64,000 nt of DNA, taken from positions 1,404 to 65,403 of the forward strand of contig JBCDBO010000011.1 of the NCBI GenBank assembly GCA_039183535.1, in the 5' to 3' direction. The position numbers and the translations under genes are program-made. Below are positions 17,304 to 27,870 of this stretch, piece by piece. Every line of letters begins with the position of its first letter. Within the stretch, counting starts at the first letter, position 1. The notes below the pieces were generated by a model. The model had not been told where the DNA came from and did not search any database. It was given only the letters and a program-made list of their open reading frames with translations. Source of the DNA: Pseudomonadota bacterium (GTDB lineage: Bacteria; Pseudomonadota; Gammaproteobacteria; Steroidobacterales; Woeseiaceae).

Positions 17304-20189
17304 ATGAGCGTAAAAAACCCAGACATACCGCAACTCGACTGGGAAGTGGCTAAGCTTCGAACCGCACAATCGGTCGGTCGGCTTGGCTTGACCAGGCGGC
17401 GAGCCTTCTGGCGGCGCCTCGTACCGCTCATGCTAATGACACAGGTTTTGACCGGCTGCGAGGCCCTCTTCGACCTGTTTTTTCCGATTGTCCGTACCGG
17501 CACGCTAGACACGGCCATCGTCGAAAGTGTCGAGTTTTATCGTTCGCCACCGTTGGTAACTACCAGGCGGGGCGGCGCTTTGCCCCTAGAGTACGCTGAA
17601 CCGCCAGTTCGCGCGATTGCATTGCGCCCTGGGGAATCGGTCGATCTGGACGTGGCGATCTCGCTGCGCTTCGACGGCGATGTTCCGTCGGTCCAGGTGA
17701 CACTGGATTTCGATCCATCCGTCCTTGAAGCTCGCGGCGTCACCATTGAATTTTTGGAGCCTGTGCAGCGATTCGACGACAACCCGGTTGTCCGGCCAAT
17801 CGATTGGCGGGCAAGGTTGCGCTTCACAGCGGCGAATGAAACGACTCTTGCCGTGGAACAATTGTTCATGCAAGCCACAGCACGTCGCTTCGGCGAACCG
17901 CAGTCGTTCGAAACACTCGGCACAGATCCGGAACCGATCGTAGCGGGGATCTTCTCTTCTCGGGCCGCAACTCTGACCGTGGCGCGGGAGAGAGAGTCGG
18001 CGCTGCCTTCTTTTGCAACGCCAGCGCGGATCAGTGCTGGCGAGAAGCATTCTCTTGCCGCCGCGTCGGACGGCAGTGTCTGGGCTTGGGGCAACAACGA
18101 TTTCGGTCAGATCGATCTGGCGCTCGAGCTGCCGGCGGACAGGCCGCAGCGCGTTCCGGTGCCCGGCGTTATTCGCGAGGTTGCCGCTGGTCAGTTCCAC
18201 TCGCTGGCGCTGACGGACAGCGGCCAAGTCTTCGGCTGGGGGCTTGGCCGTTTTGGCGCGCTGGGTCCCAACCGGCTGTCGCGGGCGATCGAACCGGTAC
18301 CCGGTGTCGGTGACGTTATCCGAATCTACGCGGGCCCCAATACGTCCTACGCAATTACTGCCGCATCGGAACTCTTTGTATGGGGCGATAACCGTGAGGG
18401 TCTCTTGGGCCTTGCGAATCGCGAGATCATCCAAACACCTACTCGCGTGCCGATCGGCGATGTTGTGAAGCTCGCAATTGGGCGCGAACATGTTTTGGCG
18501 CTAAGCGGCAGCGGCGCTGTCTATGGGTGGGGTCAAGCGCAGTTCAGACGATTGGGCAGCGGTAGAGACGTTCCCGACCGCGAAATTCGGCTGCCGGAAT
18601 TGGCCCAGTTCGACTCGTTTGTCGATATTGCTGCCGCGCGTGATTTGTCCTTCATGGTGAACGGCAACGGCCGAGTTTTCTATTACGGCCGCAACACAAA
18701 CCTTATGTTTGAAGACCCATCAACACCCGTTCGGGATAGCAACGTCATTCCAGACTTGTTCGGGGTCGAGAGAATCATTGGCAGCCCGTACTCGGAGGCT
18801 GCCATTGTTGTCCGCCGCAATGCGGACGGCAGTATCGACTACCGTGTTGCTGGTAGTAACGCCGACGGCCTACTGACATTGACCGATGTCGACTACGTCA
18901 ATGTCGCGGATGTCCCCAATTTCACGACGGATCCACTGGCGTTCGCTATTGGTGAGTCGCATGCGCTTTACCTGCAGCGCAACGGCACCTGCGGCGCCGT
19001 GTGGGGGTGGGGCGCCACTGCTGACGGCCGGCTCGGCCGTTCCGGTGAGGAGGCGTCGAGTCGGCCGCTGCCGCAGCCGGTTCCGGGACTAGGCGCAGAA
19101 AGCTGTGCCGTGCTGACGCTTAGCACCGACAACGGCGGCCGCATCGTTAGTACCCCGACCGGCATTGATTGTGGCGATGACTGCGAACTGGTCATCACTC
19201 CGGCGGACAACGTGGTGCTGGAAGCACCGACGCAAGCGCCGACCTTTGTCGGTTTCGGCGGCGCTTGTGCGAATGCCGATGGCAGCCTCAATACAGCGAA
19301 CCCGCTGTCCATCGCGGTCAGCGATCATGCGTTTTGCACGGCCACTTTCACACCGGCGTCCGGCAACCTACCGCCGATCGCAAGGTTCAGTGCGGGGCCG
19401 GCGTCCGCACTGGTCGTCGGCGGTCAGGTGGGCTTTGACGCGAGTCAGAGTTCAGACCCCGACGGCACGGTCGTTGCGTGGGCTTGGGACTTTGACGACG
19501 ACGGTACGGTCGATCGCACGACCGAAGTGACCAGTCGAACGGTTTTTACCGCTGGTCCGTATCCGGTTCGGTTGACGGTAACCGACGACGACGGCGCGAC
19601 GGCCACAACCGTACAACAGATCATGATCGCCGCGACCAACGACACACCACCTACGGCGCAATTCAGTGTCAGTCCGATGTCGCCCGTAAACGTTGGTACC
19701 CAGTTAACGCTCGATGGCAGTGCCAGTTTTGACGACGCGGGTATCACCGCCTGGGACTGGGACTTCGAAAGTGACGGAACCTTTGATGCGGCGGGCGAAA
19801 TCGTCAGCTTCACGCCCCTGGTGGCCGGCTCGCAAACCATCCGGCTGCGTGTCACCGATACGGCCGGGCAAACCGATAGCGCCACGAGGCAGATCACGGT
19901 CGCCGACGTCACCACGTTCTTTGCGCTGCGGGTTGTGCTGACCGGGCCCGGAACGGTTACCGTGACGCCGCCGGGCGTTGTGTTGCCGAACACGATCGAT
20001 TGCGACGGCAATGAGTGTTTCGTCTTCAATTTGCCTGCCGGCACCGTCGTTACCGCTGAAGCTAACGCACAAACGCCGGCGGTTTTCGCCGGTTGGTCGG
20101 CGGCCGATTGCGACAGCGTCGATACCGACTCAAACACCTGCACGGTAACGATGACGAGCGATCGTTCGGTTAACGCGCTGTTCCAGTAG
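17304..20189 (+). CDS. Exported (probable lipoprotein) RCC1-repeat beta-propeller protein with two PKD domains and Cys-containing beta-repeat modules
   Basis: Possible lipobox VLTGC. At least four RCC1-like blades (HSLAAASDGSVWAWGNNDFGQ, HSLALTDSGQVFGWGLGRFGALG, ...VWGDNREGLLG, HVLALSGSGAVYGWGQAQFRRLG). Two PKD units (FDASQSSDPDGTVVAWAWDFDDDG; LDGSASFDDAGITAWDWDFESDG). Confidence 0.85.
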   Translation: MSVKNPDIPQLDWEVAKLRTAQSVGRLGLTRRRAFWRRLVPLMLMTQVLTGCEALFDLFFPIVRTGTLDTAIVESVEFYRSPPLVTTRRGGALPLEYAEPPVRAIALRPGESVDLDVAISLRFDGDVPSVQVTLDFDPSVLEARGVTIEFLEPVQRFDDNPVVRPIDWRARLRFTAANETTLAVEQLFMQATARRFGEPQSFETLGTDPEPIVAGIFSSRAATLTVARERESALPSFATPARISAGEKHSLAAASDGSVWAWGNNDFGQIDLALELPADRPQRVPVPGVIREVAAGQFHSLALTDSGQVFGWGLGRFGALGPNRLSRAIEPVPGVGDVIRIYAGPNTSYAITAASELFVWGDNREGLLGLANREIIQTPTRVPIGDVVKLAIGREHVLALSGSGAVYGWGQAQFRRLGSGRDVPDREIRLPELAQFDSFVDIAAARDLSFMVNGNGRVFYYGRNTNLMFEDPSTPVRDSNVIPDLFGVERIIGSPYSEAAIVVRRNADGSIDYRVAGSNADGLLTLTDVDYVNVADVPNFTTDPLAFAIGESHALYLQRNGTCGAVWGWGATADGRLGRSGEEASSRPLPQPVPGLGAESCAVLTLSTDNGGRIVSTPTGIDCGDDCELVITPADNVVLEAPTQAPTFVGFGGACANADGSLNTANPLSIAVSDHAFCTATFTPASGNLPPIARFSAGPASALVVGGQVGFDASQSSDPDGTVVAWAWDFDDDGTVDRTTEVTSRTVFTAGPYPVRLTVTDDDGATATTVQQIMIAATNDTPPTAQFSVSPMSPVNVGTQLTLDGSASFDDAGITAWDWDFESDGTFDAAGEIVSFTPLVAGSQTIRLRVTDTAGQTDSATRQITVADVTTFFALRVVLTGPGTVTVTPPGVVLPNTIDCDGNECFVFNLPAGTVVTAEANAQTPAVFAGWSAADCDSVDTDSNTCTVTMTSDRSVNALFQ

Positions 20190-20325
20190 CTTTCGCGAGG
20201 AGCGTGCCGACTTCCGTCGCGGCAAGGCCGGAATGGGCCGGTGGGGTTGGAGCCAGGTGTTGCAACCCTGTCCAACCGATGCGGCGTGCGGATTGCGCGC
20301 CACGCTGCCCGTTTGTCGAGCCGTG

Positions 20326-20341
20326 CTGGTAAGCTGGACAG
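20326..20341 (+). promoter_or_regulatory. Possible LexA (SOS) box upstream of uvrB
   Basis: CTGGTAAGCTGGACAG compared with the gammaproteobacterial CTGT-N8-ACAG consensus: one mismatch. Ends 24 nt before the uvrB ATG. Confidence 0.25.
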
Positions 20342-20365
20342 CCGTATTTCGATGCCGCGACCGTC

Positions 20366-22387
20366 ATGTCTCAGGACAACAAACCGTTCCAGCTGCAATC
20401 CGATTACCAGCCGGCAGGTGATCAGCCAGCGGCAATCACAGCGCTGGTCGATGGCATTCGCGACGGTCTCGCTAAGCAAGTGCTGCTCGGCGTTACCGGG
20501 TCAGGAAAGACTTACACGATGGCGAATGTCATCCAGAAGATTCAGCGTCCGGCGATCGTGTTAGCGCCAAATAAGACGCTGGCGGCGCAGCTCTATGGCG
20601 AGATGCGCGAGTTCTTCCCCGACAACGCCGTCGAGTACTTTGTCTCGTACTACGACTATTACCAGCCGGAAGCCTACGTTCCAGCATCGGACACGTACAT
20701 CGAGAAAGACGCGTCGATCAACGATCACATTGAGCAGATGCGCCTATCGGCGACGAAGGCGCTGATCGAGCGTAAAGACGCCATTATCGTCGCGACGGTC
20801 TCGGCGATCTACGGCCTCGGCGATCCAGAAGCCTACTTTGCGATGGTCTTGCATTTGACCCGCGGCGAGACGATCGACCAACGCGAGATCCTGCGGCAAC
20901 TGGCTGAGATGCAATACAAGCGCAACGAGATAGAGTTGTCGCAAGGTACGTATCGGGTCCGAGGAGACGTGATCGATATTTTCCCGGCCGAGTCGGAGCG
21001 CGATGCGCTCAGGATTGAATTGTTCGACGATGAGGTGGAGTCGCTGGCTTGGTTCGATCCGCTGACGGGCGAGACTTACCCCGGCGTTCGCCGCGCGACC
21101 GTTTTTCCGAAAACCCATTACGTAACGCCGCGAGAGCGCTTGCTCGGCGCTATCGATCACATTCGCGACGAATTGAAAGACCGCCTGCATGTGCTTCGCG
21201 ACGCCGGTAAGTTGCTCGAAGCCCAGCGCCTTGAGCAGCGCACCTTTTTTGACGTCGAGATGATCCGCGAGCTCGGTTACTGCCAAGGGATCGAAAACTA
21301 TTCGCGGTATCTGTCGGGTCGTGCGCCGGGCGAGCCGCCGCCGTGCTTGTTCGATTACCTGCCGCCCGAGGCGTTGCTCATTATTGACGAAAGTCACGTA
21401 ACGGTGCCGCAGCTGGGCGCGATGTACAAAGGCGACCGGTCGCGCAAAGAGACGCTGGTCGAATACGGCTTTCGGTTGCCGTCGGCGCTCGATAACCGGC
21501 CATTGCGCTTCGATGAGTTTGAATCGATGGCACCACAATCGGTATTCGTCTCGGCGACGCCAGGGCCGTACGAGCGCGAGCGGGCCGACCAAACCGTCGA
21601 GCAGTTAGTGCGGCCGACCGGCCTTATCGATCCCACCGTTATCGTGCGGCCGGCAACGACCCAAGTCGATGACGTGTTATCGGAGATCAACGGGCGCGTG
21701 GCAGCGAACGAGCGCGTTTTGATCACGACGCTGACCAAACGAATGGCCGAGGACCTCACTGACTATCTCGGCGAACACGGTGTCCGCGTGCGCTATTTAC
21801 ATTCCGACATTGATACGGTCGAGCGAACCGAGATCATCCGCGATTTGCGCCTCGGCGAGTTCGATGTGTTGGTCGGCATCAACCTGCTGCGCGAAGGGCT
21901 AGACATGCCGGAGGTTTCGCTGGTCGCGATCATGGACGCCGACAAGGAAGGCTTCTTGCGCTCCGAAGGCTCGTTGATCCAAACGATTGGGCGGGCGGCG
22001 AGAAACTTGAATGGCACGGCAATTTTGTACGCCGATAAGACCACCGGCTCAATGCAGAGGGCGATTAACGAGACCGAGCGTCGCCGCAAAATCCAACAAG
22101 AGTTCAATGAGGCGAATGGCATCGAGCCGCGCAGCGTGCGCAAAGACGTTGCAGACATTATGGAGGCCGGCCAATCGCAGCGCGGCGGCCGGCGTCGTCG
22201 TGGTGAAAAAGTGGCGCCTGCGTGGCAGTCGATGGCGGCCGGCGAGCTGTTACGAGAGATCGAGCGGCTCGAAAAAGAGATGCTCGCACATGCCCGCAAC
22301 CTCGAATTCGAGGAGGCGGCGGCGCTTCGCGACCAGATTGACGCGATGCGCAAGCACAGCGTCGGCTTGTCGAATGACGCCGCGTAA
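20366..22387 (+). CDS. uvrB: Excinuclease ABC subunit B
   Basis: 673 aa. Walker [16 protein letters not shown], helicase motifs, and the C-terminal UVR motif [16 protein letters not shown]. Confidence 0.97.
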   Translation: MSQDNKPFQLQSDYQPAGDQPAAITALVDGIRDGLAKQVLLGVTGSGKTYTMANVIQKIQRPAIVLAPNKTLAAQLYGEMREFFPDNAVEYFVSYYDYYQPEAYVPASDTYIEKDASINDHIEQMRLSATKALIERKDAIIVATVSAIYGLGDPEAYFAMVLHLTRGETIDQREILRQLAEMQYKRNEIELSQGTYRVRGDVIDIFPAESERDALRIELFDDEVESLAWFDPLTGETYPGVRRATVFPKTHYVTPRERLLGAIDHIRDELKDRLHVLRDAGKLLEAQRLEQRTFFDVEMIRELGYCQGIENYSRYLSGRAPGEPPPCLFDYLPPEALLIIDESHVTVPQLGAMYKGDRSRKETLVEYGFRLPSALDNRPLRFDEFESMAPQSVFVSATPGPYERERADQTVEQLVRPTGLIDPTVIVRPATTQVDDVLSEINGRVAANERVLITTLTKRMAEDLTDYLGEHGVRVRYLHSDIDTVERTEIIRDLRLGEFDVLVGINLLREGLDMPEVSLVAIMDADKEGFLRSEGSLIQTIGRAARNLNGTAILYADKTTGSMQRAINETERRRKIQQEFNEANGIEPRSVRKDVADIMEAGQSQRGGRRRRGEKVAPAWQSMAAGELLREIERLEKEMLAHARNLEFEEAAALRDQIDAMRKHSVGLSNDAA

Positions 22388-22445
22388 CGGGCGGTTGCGG
22401 ATAGGGCATCGCTTCCGGTATGTTTCACGGCCGTTCAGCGGTTGC

Positions 22446-22520
22446 GGGCGATTAGCTCAGGGGTAGAGCGCCACGTTGACATCGTGGAGGTCGGTGGTTC
22501 GAAACCACCATCGCCCACCA
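22446..22520 (+). tRNA. tRNA-Val (anticodon GAC)
   Basis: 75-nt cloverleaf: GGGCGAT/ATCGCCC acceptor, GCTC/GAGC D stem, CCACG-TTGACAT-CGTGG anticodon arm, GGTGG-TTCGAAA-CCACC T arm, ACCA end. Confidence 0.95.
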
Positions 22521-22942
22521 AGCCGCTGCTGCCGTCGATATCCGTCGCGGCGTCGCACCGGAAAAGCGCGCTCTAGCAGGTCCGCACTTCAGCCTCAGCG
22601 GTCTTCTGACCGCATCGAGCGGACCGGTTCGAAAAATCGCGTCAGCGATTTTCACCGAGCGGCAAGGCCGCGAAGCCCGTCGGGCCGGAGCAGCACGACG
22701 TGCTGGTCCGGGTAAACCACCATCGCCCACCAAACCGCCGCTGCCGCCGATAACCGTCGCGGCGTCGCACCGAAAAAAACGCGCTCTAGCAGGTCCGCAC
22801 TTCAGCCTCAGCGGTCTTCTGACCGCATCGAGCGGACCGGTTCGAAAAATCGCGTCAGCGATTTTCGCGGAGCGGCAAAGCCGCGAAGCCCGTCGGGCCG
22901 GAGCAGCACGACGTGCTGGTCCGGGTATACCGCCATCGACCA
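22504..22942 (+). repeat. tRNA-linked tandem repeat: two 212-bp units plus a 15-nt stub, each starting with a copy of the tRNA-Val 3' end
   Basis: Units at 22504-22715 and 22716-22927, with a degenerate restart at 22928-22942. Each begins with ACCACCATCGCCCACCA, which is the T-stem 3' strand, acceptor 3' strand and CCA of the tRNA. Each unit contains three inverted repeats. Confidence 0.9.
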
Positions 22943-23299
22943 CTATTCGGAGCCTATCACCCTCTGTTTTGCGAAACGCCGATTCCGGGCGCTAATCGTT
23001 GTCGCAACCTGCACAAATATCGCTGGTAGCCTGCGTAAATTTCGGCGTTTCGCTCGGTTTACCGCACGGCCATACGCGAGGCTCCGAGCGGACGGATTCG
23101 CTGTCGCTGCCGCTCGAGCCGCAAACCCTTGATTTCGTAGCATTGCCGCCCAATATCGGGGCCACGACGGGCGCTGACGAGCCACGGCGAATTGGCAATT
23201 ATCGATGCTGATTTTTTTAAGGTTTTCGCTTGTTTATGCGAAATACCGGCTTTAAAATTCGCGTCCCGGCGGAAGACGTCTTTAACTGAGGAACCTGAT

Positions 23300-23818
23300 A
23301 TCGCTGCAAATAAACGCGCTCGGCGCAACGAAGAGATCGAAGCTAGCCGTGTACGAGTCATCAACACGGACGGTGAACAAGCGGGAGTGATGGCATTGCA
23401 AGATGCGTTGGAGCTCGCCGCTGACCAGAAATTGGATCTGGTCGAAGTATCACCAAATGCGGATCCGCCGGTGTGCCGCGTCATGGACTTTGGGAAATTT
23501 GCGTTTGAGCAAAGTAAAAAAACCCAATCGTCTCGGCGCAAGCAGAAGCAGGTTCAGATTAAGGAAGTCAAATTTCGTCCGGGAACGGACGTTGGCGATT
23601 ACAACGTCAAACTCCGTAACCTGACGCGGTTCTTGACCAACGGCGACAAAGCCAAGGTCACGCTCCGCTTCAGAGGACGAGAGATGGCGCACCAAGACTT
23701 GGGAGCCAAGTTGCTCGAGCGGATTCGTACCGATCTCGACGAGTTGGCGAACGTTGAGCAGATGCCGCAGCTCGAAGGGCGGCAGATGATCATGGTCTTA
23801 GCGCCGAAAAAAAAGTGA
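23300..23818 (+). CDS. infC: Translation initiation factor IF-3 (probable non-AUG start)
   Basis: Homology to IF-3 starts near [26 protein letters not shown]...[12 protein letters not shown]. In-frame ATC at 23300 sits 7 nt after GAGGA. The ATG at 23192 would add 36 non-homologous residues. The exact start is uncertain. Confidence 0.8.
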   Translation: MAANKRARRNEEIEASRVRVINTDGEQAGVMALQDALELAADQKLDLVEVSPNADPPVCRVMDFGKFAFEQSKKTQSSRRKQKQVQIKEVKFRPGTDVGDYNVKLRNLTRFLTNGDKAKVTLRFRGREMAHQDLGAKLLERIRTDLDELANVEQMPQLEGRQMIMVLAPKKK

Positions 23819-23902
23819 GCGAGCTCAGCGCAACGCGCTGAACGTAGCCCGCCTGATTCGGCCGATAATGCCGATCCCAGGCTCAAAAAATTGGAGTTCG
23901 AA

Positions 23903-24100
23903 ATGTCGAAGTTGAAGACCAACCGCGGCGCTGCTAAGCGTTTCCGCAAAACCGGCAAGGGCGGTTTCAAACGTGCCCAGTCGCATCTCAATCATATCCT
24001 GACGAAGAAGAGTGCCAAGCGTAAGCGGCACTTGCGTTCGACCCAGCAAGTGGCTGAGTCGGATGTGAAGAGCGTTCGTCAGATGCTGCCGTACAGCTAA
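23903..24100 (+). CDS. rpmI: 50S ribosomal protein L35
   Basis: [39 protein letters not shown] at 23903 behind GGAG. Confidence 0.95.
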   Translation: MSKLKTNRGAAKRFRKTGKGGFKRAQSHLNHILTKKSAKRKRHLRSTQQVAESDVKSVRQMLPYS

Positions 24101-24112
24101 GGAGAGACCCAC

Positions 24113-24475
24113 ATGGCTAGAGTCAAACGTGGCGTCATCGCTAAGGCGCGGCACAAGAAAATTCTTGGCAAGGCGAAAGGCTATTACGGTGCCCGGCGCA
24201 AGGTGTATCGCGTCGCGAAGCAAGCCGTCATCAAAGCGGGTCAATACGCCTACCGCGATCGCCGGCAACGTAAGCGTCAGTTCCGGGCACTTTGGATCGC
24301 TCGGATCAATGCTGCAGCACGCGAGCACGACCTCAGCTATTCGCGCCTGATCAACGGGTTGACCAAAGCTGGCGTAGACGTCGATCGGAAGATCCTCGCT
24401 GAGTTAGCCGTCAACGAACCCGAAGCGTTCGGTGCCGTCGTAGAACAGGCGAAAGCCGCACTCGAAGCCGCTTAA
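24113..24475 (+). CDS. rplT: 50S ribosomal protein L20
   Basis: [39 protein letters not shown]. Confidence 0.97.
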   Translation: MARVKRGVIAKARHKKILGKAKGYYGARRKVYRVAKQAVIKAGQYAYRDRRQRKRQFRALWIARINAAAREHDLSYSRLINGLTKAGVDVDRKILAELAVNEPEAFGAVVEQAKAALEAA

Positions 24476-24509
24476 GCGCGTCTTCGTCGCTGCGCGGTCG
24501 TCTGTAGCA

Positions 24510-25496
24510 ATGGAACTCGAGCGCCTCGCCGAGCGAGCGGCGGCCGACATTGCTGCGGCTGCCGATCTTGCTGAACTCGATAAAGTCCGTGTCAGCCTGC
24601 TCGGCAAGAGCGGGTTGATTACGGCCGAGTTAAAAAATCTCGGCAAACTCGCGCCCGACGAGCGCAAGACTGCCGGACAAGCGATCAATGCGGTCAAAAC
24701 GACATTGGTCGCCGCCATCGAGGCGCGTCGCGCTGCGTTAGGTGAGGCGGCGCTGGCGGCGGCGTTGGCGGCCGATACCGTCGACGTCACATTGCCCGCG
24801 CGAGCGGCCGATGGCGTCGGTGCGCTTCATCCGGTCACACGAGTCATGCGGCGAATTACCGATATTTTTGTTGGTAATGGCTTTCAGGTTCGTTATGGGC
24901 CAGAAATCGAAGACGATTTCCATAATTTTACGGCCCTCAATTTCCCAGCCAATCACCCGGCTCGGGCGATGCACGACACGTTTTTTTTCCCTGACGGTCG
25001 GTTGCTAAGAACGCACACATCGCCAGTACAAATTCGTGCGTTGCTGGCTGATGGGGTACCGATACGAATCATCGCGCCCGGTCGTGTTTATCGCTGCGAT
25101 TCCGATCAGACCCACACGCCGATGTTTCATCAGGTTGAAGGCTTGGTCGTCGCCGAACGGGTCACCTTCGCGAATCTAAAAGCGGTTCTGCACCAATTCG
25201 TTGAGCAGTTTTTCGAGCGTGATGCGACGTTGCGGTTTCGTCCCTCGTATTTCCCGTTTACCGAGCCGTCTGCCGAAGTCGATGTGTTGTCGGCCGAAGG
25301 TCGCTGGCTCGAGATACTTGGCTGTGGGATGGTCCACCGGAATGTACTGACCAGCGCTGGTGTCGATCCAGATCGCTATACCGGCTATGCCTTCGGCATG
25401 GGCGTCGAACGACTCGCGATGCTGCGATACAACGTTAACGATTTGCGGCTGTTCTTCGATAATGATCTCGATTTCTTGGAGCAATTCGGCCGATGA
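24510..25496 (+). CDS. pheS: Phenylalanine--tRNA ligase alpha subunit
   Basis: 328 aa. Class II core motifs ([39 protein letters not shown]). Confidence 0.97.
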   Translation: MELERLAERAAADIAAAADLAELDKVRVSLLGKSGLITAELKNLGKLAPDERKTAGQAINAVKTTLVAAIEARRAALGEAALAAALAADTVDVTLPARAADGVGALHPVTRVMRRITDIFVGNGFQVRYGPEIEDDFHNFTALNFPANHPARAMHDTFFFPDGRLLRTHTSPVQIRALLADGVPIRIIAPGRVYRCDSDQTHTPMFHQVEGLVVAERVTFANLKAVLHQFVEQFFERDATLRFRPSYFPFTEPSAEVDVLSAEGRWLEILGCGMVHRNVLTSAGVDPDRYTGYAFGMGVERLAMLRYNVNDLRLFFDNDLDFLEQFGR

Positions 25497-27868
25497 AGAT
25501 CAGCCTAGGTTGGCTCCGCGAATGGGTTCCGGACGCGCCTGATGTTGGCGTGCTGGCCGAGCGTTTGACGCTCGCTGGCCTTGAGGTCGATAGCGTCACG
25601 ACGTTGGGCGAGGGCATGGAAGGGTTCTTCGTGGCCGAGGTTTTGGCCGTCGAGCCGCACCCTAACGCCGATCGTCTGCGCGTTTGTCAAGTTAGCGTCG
25701 CCGACGGACAACCGCTGCAAATCGTCTGTGGTGCGCCGAATGCCCGCGCCGGTATGCGCTCGATTCTAGCGACGAGCGGCGCTGTTATGCCCAACGGCAT
25801 GAAGATCCGTCGCTCGAAACTGCGGGGCGTCGAGTCGCAAGGCATGTTGTGTTCCGCCAGTGAGTTAGGGCTAGGCGATGACCACGACGGAATTATCGAC
25901 TTGCCCGCCGACGCACCCGTTGGCTCTGCAGCACCGGCGTATTTGAATTTGCCCGACGCCGTTATCGATATCGATATCACACCGAACCGTGGTGATTGCT
26001 TTAGCGTGCTGGGTGTCGCTCGCGAGGTGGCTGCATTCAGTGGTTACCGATTGGCAGAACCCACGCTGACTGAGCCGCTCGCTGGTAGCGATGCAGTCGT
26101 GTCCGTGGAGCTCCGTGAAACGGCCGCCTGCACGCGCTTTGCCAGTCGTCTAATCGACGGTACTGATCCGAACGCCGAGACGCCGCGCTGGATGGCGGAA
26201 CGCCTGCAACGGGCAGGTCTGCGCTGTATTCACCCGGTCGTCGACGTCACCAATTACGTCATGCTCGAATTGGGCCAACCGTTACACGCCTACGATGCCG
26301 ACAAGATCGACGGCTCGCTCGTCGTTCGCCGTGCAGAAAATGGCGAATCGTTGGTCCTACTGGACGAAAAAGAAGTCGAATTGACCGATGACGTTATCGT
26401 CGTCGCGGATCAAACACGTGCGCTCGGTATGGCCGGTGTCATGGGCGGCTTATCGAGTATGGTGACCGGCGCGACGACGCGCGTATTGTTTGAAGCAGCG
26501 TTCTGGACACCGGCATGGATAGCGGGTCGAGCCCGTCGTTTCGGCTTGCATACCGACGCCGCAACGCGCTTCGAGCGCGGCGTCGATCCAGCTGGACAGG
26601 CGCGCGCAGTACAACGCGCCACTGAGTTGTTGCTGTCTATCGCAGGCGGCAATGCTGGTCCGTTGCACGATGAGGTCGATGCGAGCCATGCCGCGCACCG
26701 CGCGCCGATCGCGTTGCCCTGGCAACGTATAGAGCAAATGCTCGGCGTCGCTATCGACAATGAGACCGTTATCGGCTTGCTAGATCGTTTGGGGCTCGAC
26801 ACCGAACCCGGGGTCGATAGCGCGCTGGTAACGCCACCAAGTTTTCGTTTCGATCTCGACATTGCGGAGGACCTCGTCGAAGAAGTCGCGAGGGTCTACG
26901 GCTACGATGAGATTCCGGTCGCGACAGCGTCGCTGGAAGCACCACTGCAGGCTGGCAGTGAATCGAAGACGCCACTGGATCGACTCCGTGACGTGCTCGT
27001 CGCACGCGGCTTGTATGAAGTCTTGACCTACAGCTTTGTAAATCCTGAGCTGGCAGAGCTGTGCGATGGCGAGGCAGCCGAGTTAGCGTTGAGCAATCCG
27101 ATTTCCGCCGATCTTGCGGTAATGCGCCGGTCGTTGCTGCCCGGACTATTGAGCGCCGCGGCGACGAATCGGGCCCGACAGCATGAACGCTTACGCTTGT
27201 TCGAAGTCGGCACTTGCTTCGCCGCTGCGGCGGACGGTCCGATCGAACAAACTCGTATCGGCGGCTTTATCAGTGGTCCGCGCGCGCTCGAAGGGTGGGC
27301 GGAGTCAGCCGAGTCTGTCGATTTTTTTGACATAAAATCCATCGTCAATGTGCTGCTCGGGCGCCGCGCTGCGGACGTCGAATGGACACGATCATCGCAC
27401 CCGGCATTGCATCCTGGGCAATCGGCGGATGTTGTGTTTGCCGCTAAGACGGTCGGGCGCGTAGGCCGCATTCATCCGCGTGTCGCGGATCAACTCGATC
27501 TGGATACCGGCAGTTACTACTTCGAGCTTGCGGCCGATGTCGTCAGCGATTCTCCGCTGCCAGAATCTGCGCCGGTATCGCGATACCCGAGTGTGCGTCG
27601 CGACATCGCTGTTCTCGTCCGAGAAGAGGTGGCGGCCGGCGCTGTTGTACGAACGATACAACGCGCGATCCCCGCATTGCTGCGCCAAGTGGTGTTGTTC
27701 GATGTTTATCGCGGCAAAGGTGTAGAACCGGGCCTAAAAAGCCTCGCCTTTGGCTTGATTTTGCAGGAAACATCACGCACGCTAATCGACGAAGAAGCGG
27801 ACTCTGCGGTACGTGCCGCGACAGATGCACTGCGTGAAGAACTCGGTGCAACACTACGGGATAAATAG
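25493..27868 (+). CDS. pheT: Phenylalanine--tRNA ligase beta subunit
   Basis: 791 aa. N-terminal tRNA-binding domain ([11 protein letters not shown]...), B3/4, B5 and C-terminal FDX-ACB regions. ATGA overlap with pheS. Confidence 0.97.
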   Translation: MKISLGWLREWVPDAPDVGVLAERLTLAGLEVDSVTTLGEGMEGFFVAEVLAVEPHPNADRLRVCQVSVADGQPLQIVCGAPNARAGMRSILATSGAVMPNGMKIRRSKLRGVESQGMLCSASELGLGDDHDGIIDLPADAPVGSAAPAYLNLPDAVIDIDITPNRGDCFSVLGVAREVAAFSGYRLAEPTLTEPLAGSDAVVSVELRETAACTRFASRLIDGTDPNAETPRWMAERLQRAGLRCIHPVVDVTNYVMLELGQPLHAYDADKIDGSLVVRRAENGESLVLLDEKEVELTDDVIVVADQTRALGMAGVMGGLSSMVTGATTRVLFEAAFWTPAWIAGRARRFGLHTDAATRFERGVDPAGQARAVQRATELLLSIAGGNAGPLHDEVDASHAAHRAPIALPWQRIEQMLGVAIDNETVIGLLDRLGLDTEPGVDSALVTPPSFRFDLDIAEDLVEEVARVYGYDEIPVATASLEAPLQAGSESKTPLDRLRDVLVARGLYEVLTYSFVNPELAELCDGEAAELALSNPISADLAVMRRSLLPGLLSAAATNRARQHERLRLFEVGTCFAAAADGPIEQTRIGGFISGPRALEGWAESAESVDFFDIKSIVNVLLGRRAADVEWTRSSHPALHPGQSADVVFAAKTVGRVGRIHPRVADQLDLDTGSYYFELAADVVSDSPLPESAPVSRYPSVRRDIAVLVREEVAAGAVVRTIQRAIPALLRQVVLFDVYRGKGVEPGLKSLAFGLILQETSRTLIDEEADSAVRAATDALREELGATLRDK

Positions 27869-27870
27869 CG

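Noticed and set aside
19445-20479. 344-aa minus-strand ORF.
   Set aside because: It is antisense to the PKD/beta-repeat end of the RCC1 protein and runs into the uvrB start. This is a typical long shadow ORF of GC-rich DNA, with no motifs.
20744-21592. 282-aa minus-strand ORF inside uvrB. Similar antisense ORFs lie inside the his, leu, pheT and ilvD genes (e.g. 43715-44467, 44633-45310, 36287-36817).
   Set aside because: All lie opposite strongly recognisable housekeeping genes and lack motifs. They are GC-rich shadow ORFs.
22504-22942. CRISPR array.
   Set aside because: The units are 212 bp long, directly abutting and near-identical along their whole length. There is no short-repeat/unique-spacer alternation and no cas gene in the window.
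22452-22943. 163-aa minus-strand ORF, Arg/Ala/Pro-rich with an internally duplicated sequence.
   Set aside because: It runs antisense through tRNA-Val and the two 212-bp repeats. The duplication in the peptide simply mirrors the DNA repeat. It has no start context or family resemblance, so I treat it as non-coding.
22446-23190. Genomic island integrated at tRNA-Val. Duplicated tRNA 3' ends can mark att sites.
   Set aside because: There is no integrase, excisionase or cargo gene between or after the copies. The duplicated segments are only 212 bp apart, and infC follows directly.
24476-24509. A pheST leader-peptide attenuator like the one in E. coli.
   Set aside because: Only 34 nt separate rplT and pheS. 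There is no room for a leader ORF or terminator hairpin.
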